DNA from: Octopus sinensis
Lineage: Eukaryota
Direction of reading: 5' to 3'
Assembly (NCBI RefSeq): GCF_006345805.1
Contig: NC_043004.1
Span: 44,640,001-44,704,000 of the forward strand
DNA length: 64,000 nucleotides
Under the pieces are notes generated by a model. The model did no database searches and was not told where the DNA came from. It saw only the letters and a list, made by a program, of their open reading frames with translations. Positions 61,602 through 64,000 of the stretch are shown piece after piece. Numbering within the stretch: position 1 is the stretch's first letter; each line of letters starts with the position of its first letter. A program made the position numbers and the translations under genes.

Positions 61602-62256
61602 TATGTGTGTGTGTGTGTGTGTGTGTGGTGGTGTGTGTGTGTGTTGTTTGTGCGTGTGTGTGTGTATATGTATGTATGTATATATTCTTTCTATTCATCT
61701 ACACAAACACACACGTGTTTATATAGCATGAATTGAAAGTGTGCTATTTTTAACCATTGTAGATACAATTTTTTTATGAGCGAAAATGTCGATATTACAA
61801 ACGCATACACTAACGCATATTTTGCTTTCAAAATAATAACACATTCTGTTATAAACACACACAACACAACACACACACACATATATATATATATCGGGAT
61901 GCACACACTTATTTACTCCATAATGCACTTGTGTAAATGTACTTGCTTAAATAACAAATACTGCTGCAGATTCATAAATATTCACGTACGTCGCTCTTAC
62001 ATATACACATACACATACCTTTCTGTTCTATAATGAATAGGGAATATATAAATGTAGAAATATTGCGTCATTAAAAGTCTGTTATTGAGCAGTTCTAGTA
62101 CTGAAGAAGGTCTGTTATTATACCTCGGTTCTCACTCTCGTATTTTATTGAGTTGTATAGACAATTAACTTCGTAGTAGTACAATTGAAGAATACACTGA
62201 AATAGCTGGCAGATATCCCCCCACCCCACAACTATTTCACTCCAAACTCTACCGTA

Positions 62257-62486
62257 TATTTCTTTATTACCCACAAGGGACTAAACACAGAGGGGACAAA
62301 CAAGGACAGACAAAGGGATTAAATCGATTACATAGACCCCAGTGCGTAACTGGTACTTTATCGACCCCGAAAGGATGAAAGGCAAAGTCGACCTCGGCGG
62401 AATTTGAACTCGGAACGTAACGACAGACGAAATGCGGCTACGCATTTCGCCCGGCGTGCTAACGTTCCTCCCAGCTCGCCGCCTTA
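62257..62486 (-). mobile_element. SINE family B, young subfamily with Tx1-like tail, full length; 13-bp TSD (1 mismatch)
   Basis: aaactctaccgta at 62244-62256 and aaactctaccata at 62487-62499. Head aaggcggcgagctgg. Confidence 0.92.
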
Positions 62487-63224
62487 AAACTCTACCATAG
62501 CCCTACCATGAAAGCTAGAAGGATCTAAGAGCAAGCATCATTCCTTTGCTAATTGTTTAGTGTCCCAATGAGGTCGTGGGCTAATACAGACTCCCTATCA
62601 GCTATCCCACTCTTCGTCGAGCAAAACGTGGGCTTTTACTTATTTACAACTGAATGGAGTGGAGTAAGAAGAGATGAGTAGTCTTGCTCATGGAATCGAA
62701 CCCATGACCTTATGACAGTAAGCCCAATAACTTAATCACTCGGTTACGCAATATGTCGTGTTATCTTGAAAACACAGTGTTGTTAGATGTATTGCTGCTG
62801 CGGTGTGCCATCGGGAATATAGGAAGAAGATTGTAAAATTTGGGAATTCGAATTTGTTGTCTATGCAGAGCCATGCGCTGCTTTAAAATTATACCTGTTT
62901 AGCCTATATAGGTTTCTTCCCACCTTCAGCTTGCTATTGCATAAAATATGTATTACAGATGCACAGGTAAAGTTATCTATATTTTTAACTGTTTGTTTTC
63001 TTTCGAACGAATATTCAATCCGTCTAACAGACTTGCATCCGTGTTTTTTTTTTCTTTTTTTGTATCGTCTGTCTGGATGTTTTGAAGCTTTTGTCCTATT
63101 TTTCGTATTCTTTTTTATATTAATATAGCGGCATACGTACACTTTGGTCTCATATATGTAAGCACGCACGCTCATACACACACAACACACACACACACAC
63201 ACACACAAACACACACAATCACAT

Positions 63225-63320
<96 letters not shown>

Positions 63321-63549
63321 ATAGATTTTGTACGATTCTATTATTCTTTCATTCTTTCTATCAGCCCCTTCACACTTACTTCGTTTTTTCCACTCTTCGT
63401 TCCTTCGTTTCCCCTCTCTCACATTTCCTGGCTTTCTCTTCATTCTCACCTTCCATTCTCTTTCACTTCATTCTGTACCTTTTCGTTTTTTCTCGTCCCT
63501 CCCCAATTTGTCTATCCCTTTGCCTCTACCTTTTCTCTCTTCTCTCTCC

Positions 63550-63990
63550 AGGTGACCGGTGTTCGGCCAAGCTTGACCTTTCCTTCTTGGTTCGACTACC
63601 ATCCGTTGCAACATCTATATTCCTCCCTATGCCTGTCACCTCTTATGTCACTGCCGTAGGGCTTCACCTCCACACACACACTAGATTAATTTAATTCCTC
63701 CTTAGTCGAAAGATACCTGTTGTCTATGCCTTTTATTCGCATTTGGATTTGTGTATCATTTCTACGTTTTTCCGTCATTGTTTTCTTATACATTCGCTGC
63801 TTTCATCCAATGAATCTAGTGCTCTTAGCTTACTTTTTCCTTGGAGCTGGCCAGATTGGAGCAATCTCGAGTATAACCAGCCGAAATTGCAAAGATAACC
63901 CGTCCTTGTTTTTTCGTATTGTCTGTCTGGATGTTTTGCGTTCTTGTCCCATTTTTGGTATTCCTTTATATATATATTACTGTTATGCAC
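63550..63990 (+). mobile_element. Second copy of the 56480-57000 family; a sub-block is also present near 63040-63095
   Basis: Shared gctggcc...gcaatctc...cagccgaaattgc. The block gtctgtctggatgtttt..g..ttgtcc.attttt occurs near 63065 and 63920. Confidence 0.6.
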
Positions 63991-64000
63991 CGCTTGTTAT

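Noticed and set aside
62095-62135. ctgaaga-aggt...acct hammerhead-like start
   Set aside because: GAAA is absent after the stem.

Overview
AT-rich, repeat-saturated eukaryotic genomic DNA. The repeat families (several tRNA-headed SINEs, TA/TATG microsatellites, mariner, Tx1, CR1, R4 and Penelope-like remnants) resemble those I associate with octopod cephalopods (Octopus); that assignment is inferred, not checked. I found no convincing host protein-coding exon, true tRNA/rRNA gene or CRISPR array, so the window is probably intergenic or intronic. All ORFs over 250 aa are readings of one microsatellite array. Recognisable coding remnants are all transposon-derived: Tx1-type RT (7.6-9.4 kb), several mariner transposases, CR1 RT, a Helitron PIF1 helicase, Penelope-like GIY-YIG pieces, an R4-clade restriction-like endonuclease and a short RTE-like piece. 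SINE family letters A-E are my own labels. The most interesting signals concern retroposon RNA biology. (i) A SINE subfamily shares its 3' terminal 34 nt with the Tx1 LINE copy about 800 bp away. (ii) A tRNA-headed SINE carries a degenerate minimal hammerhead-like tail, and a second fragment of it starts about 1 nt from the predicted cleavage site. (iii) Hammerhead-like and twister-like motifs lie in an RTE-type 5' UTR remnant. (iv) A core-intact minimal hammerhead-like motif lies beside a Penelope-like remnant. (v) There are long, near-perfect fold-back structures in (TA)n tracts and a TIR element carrying internal TTAGGG repeats.
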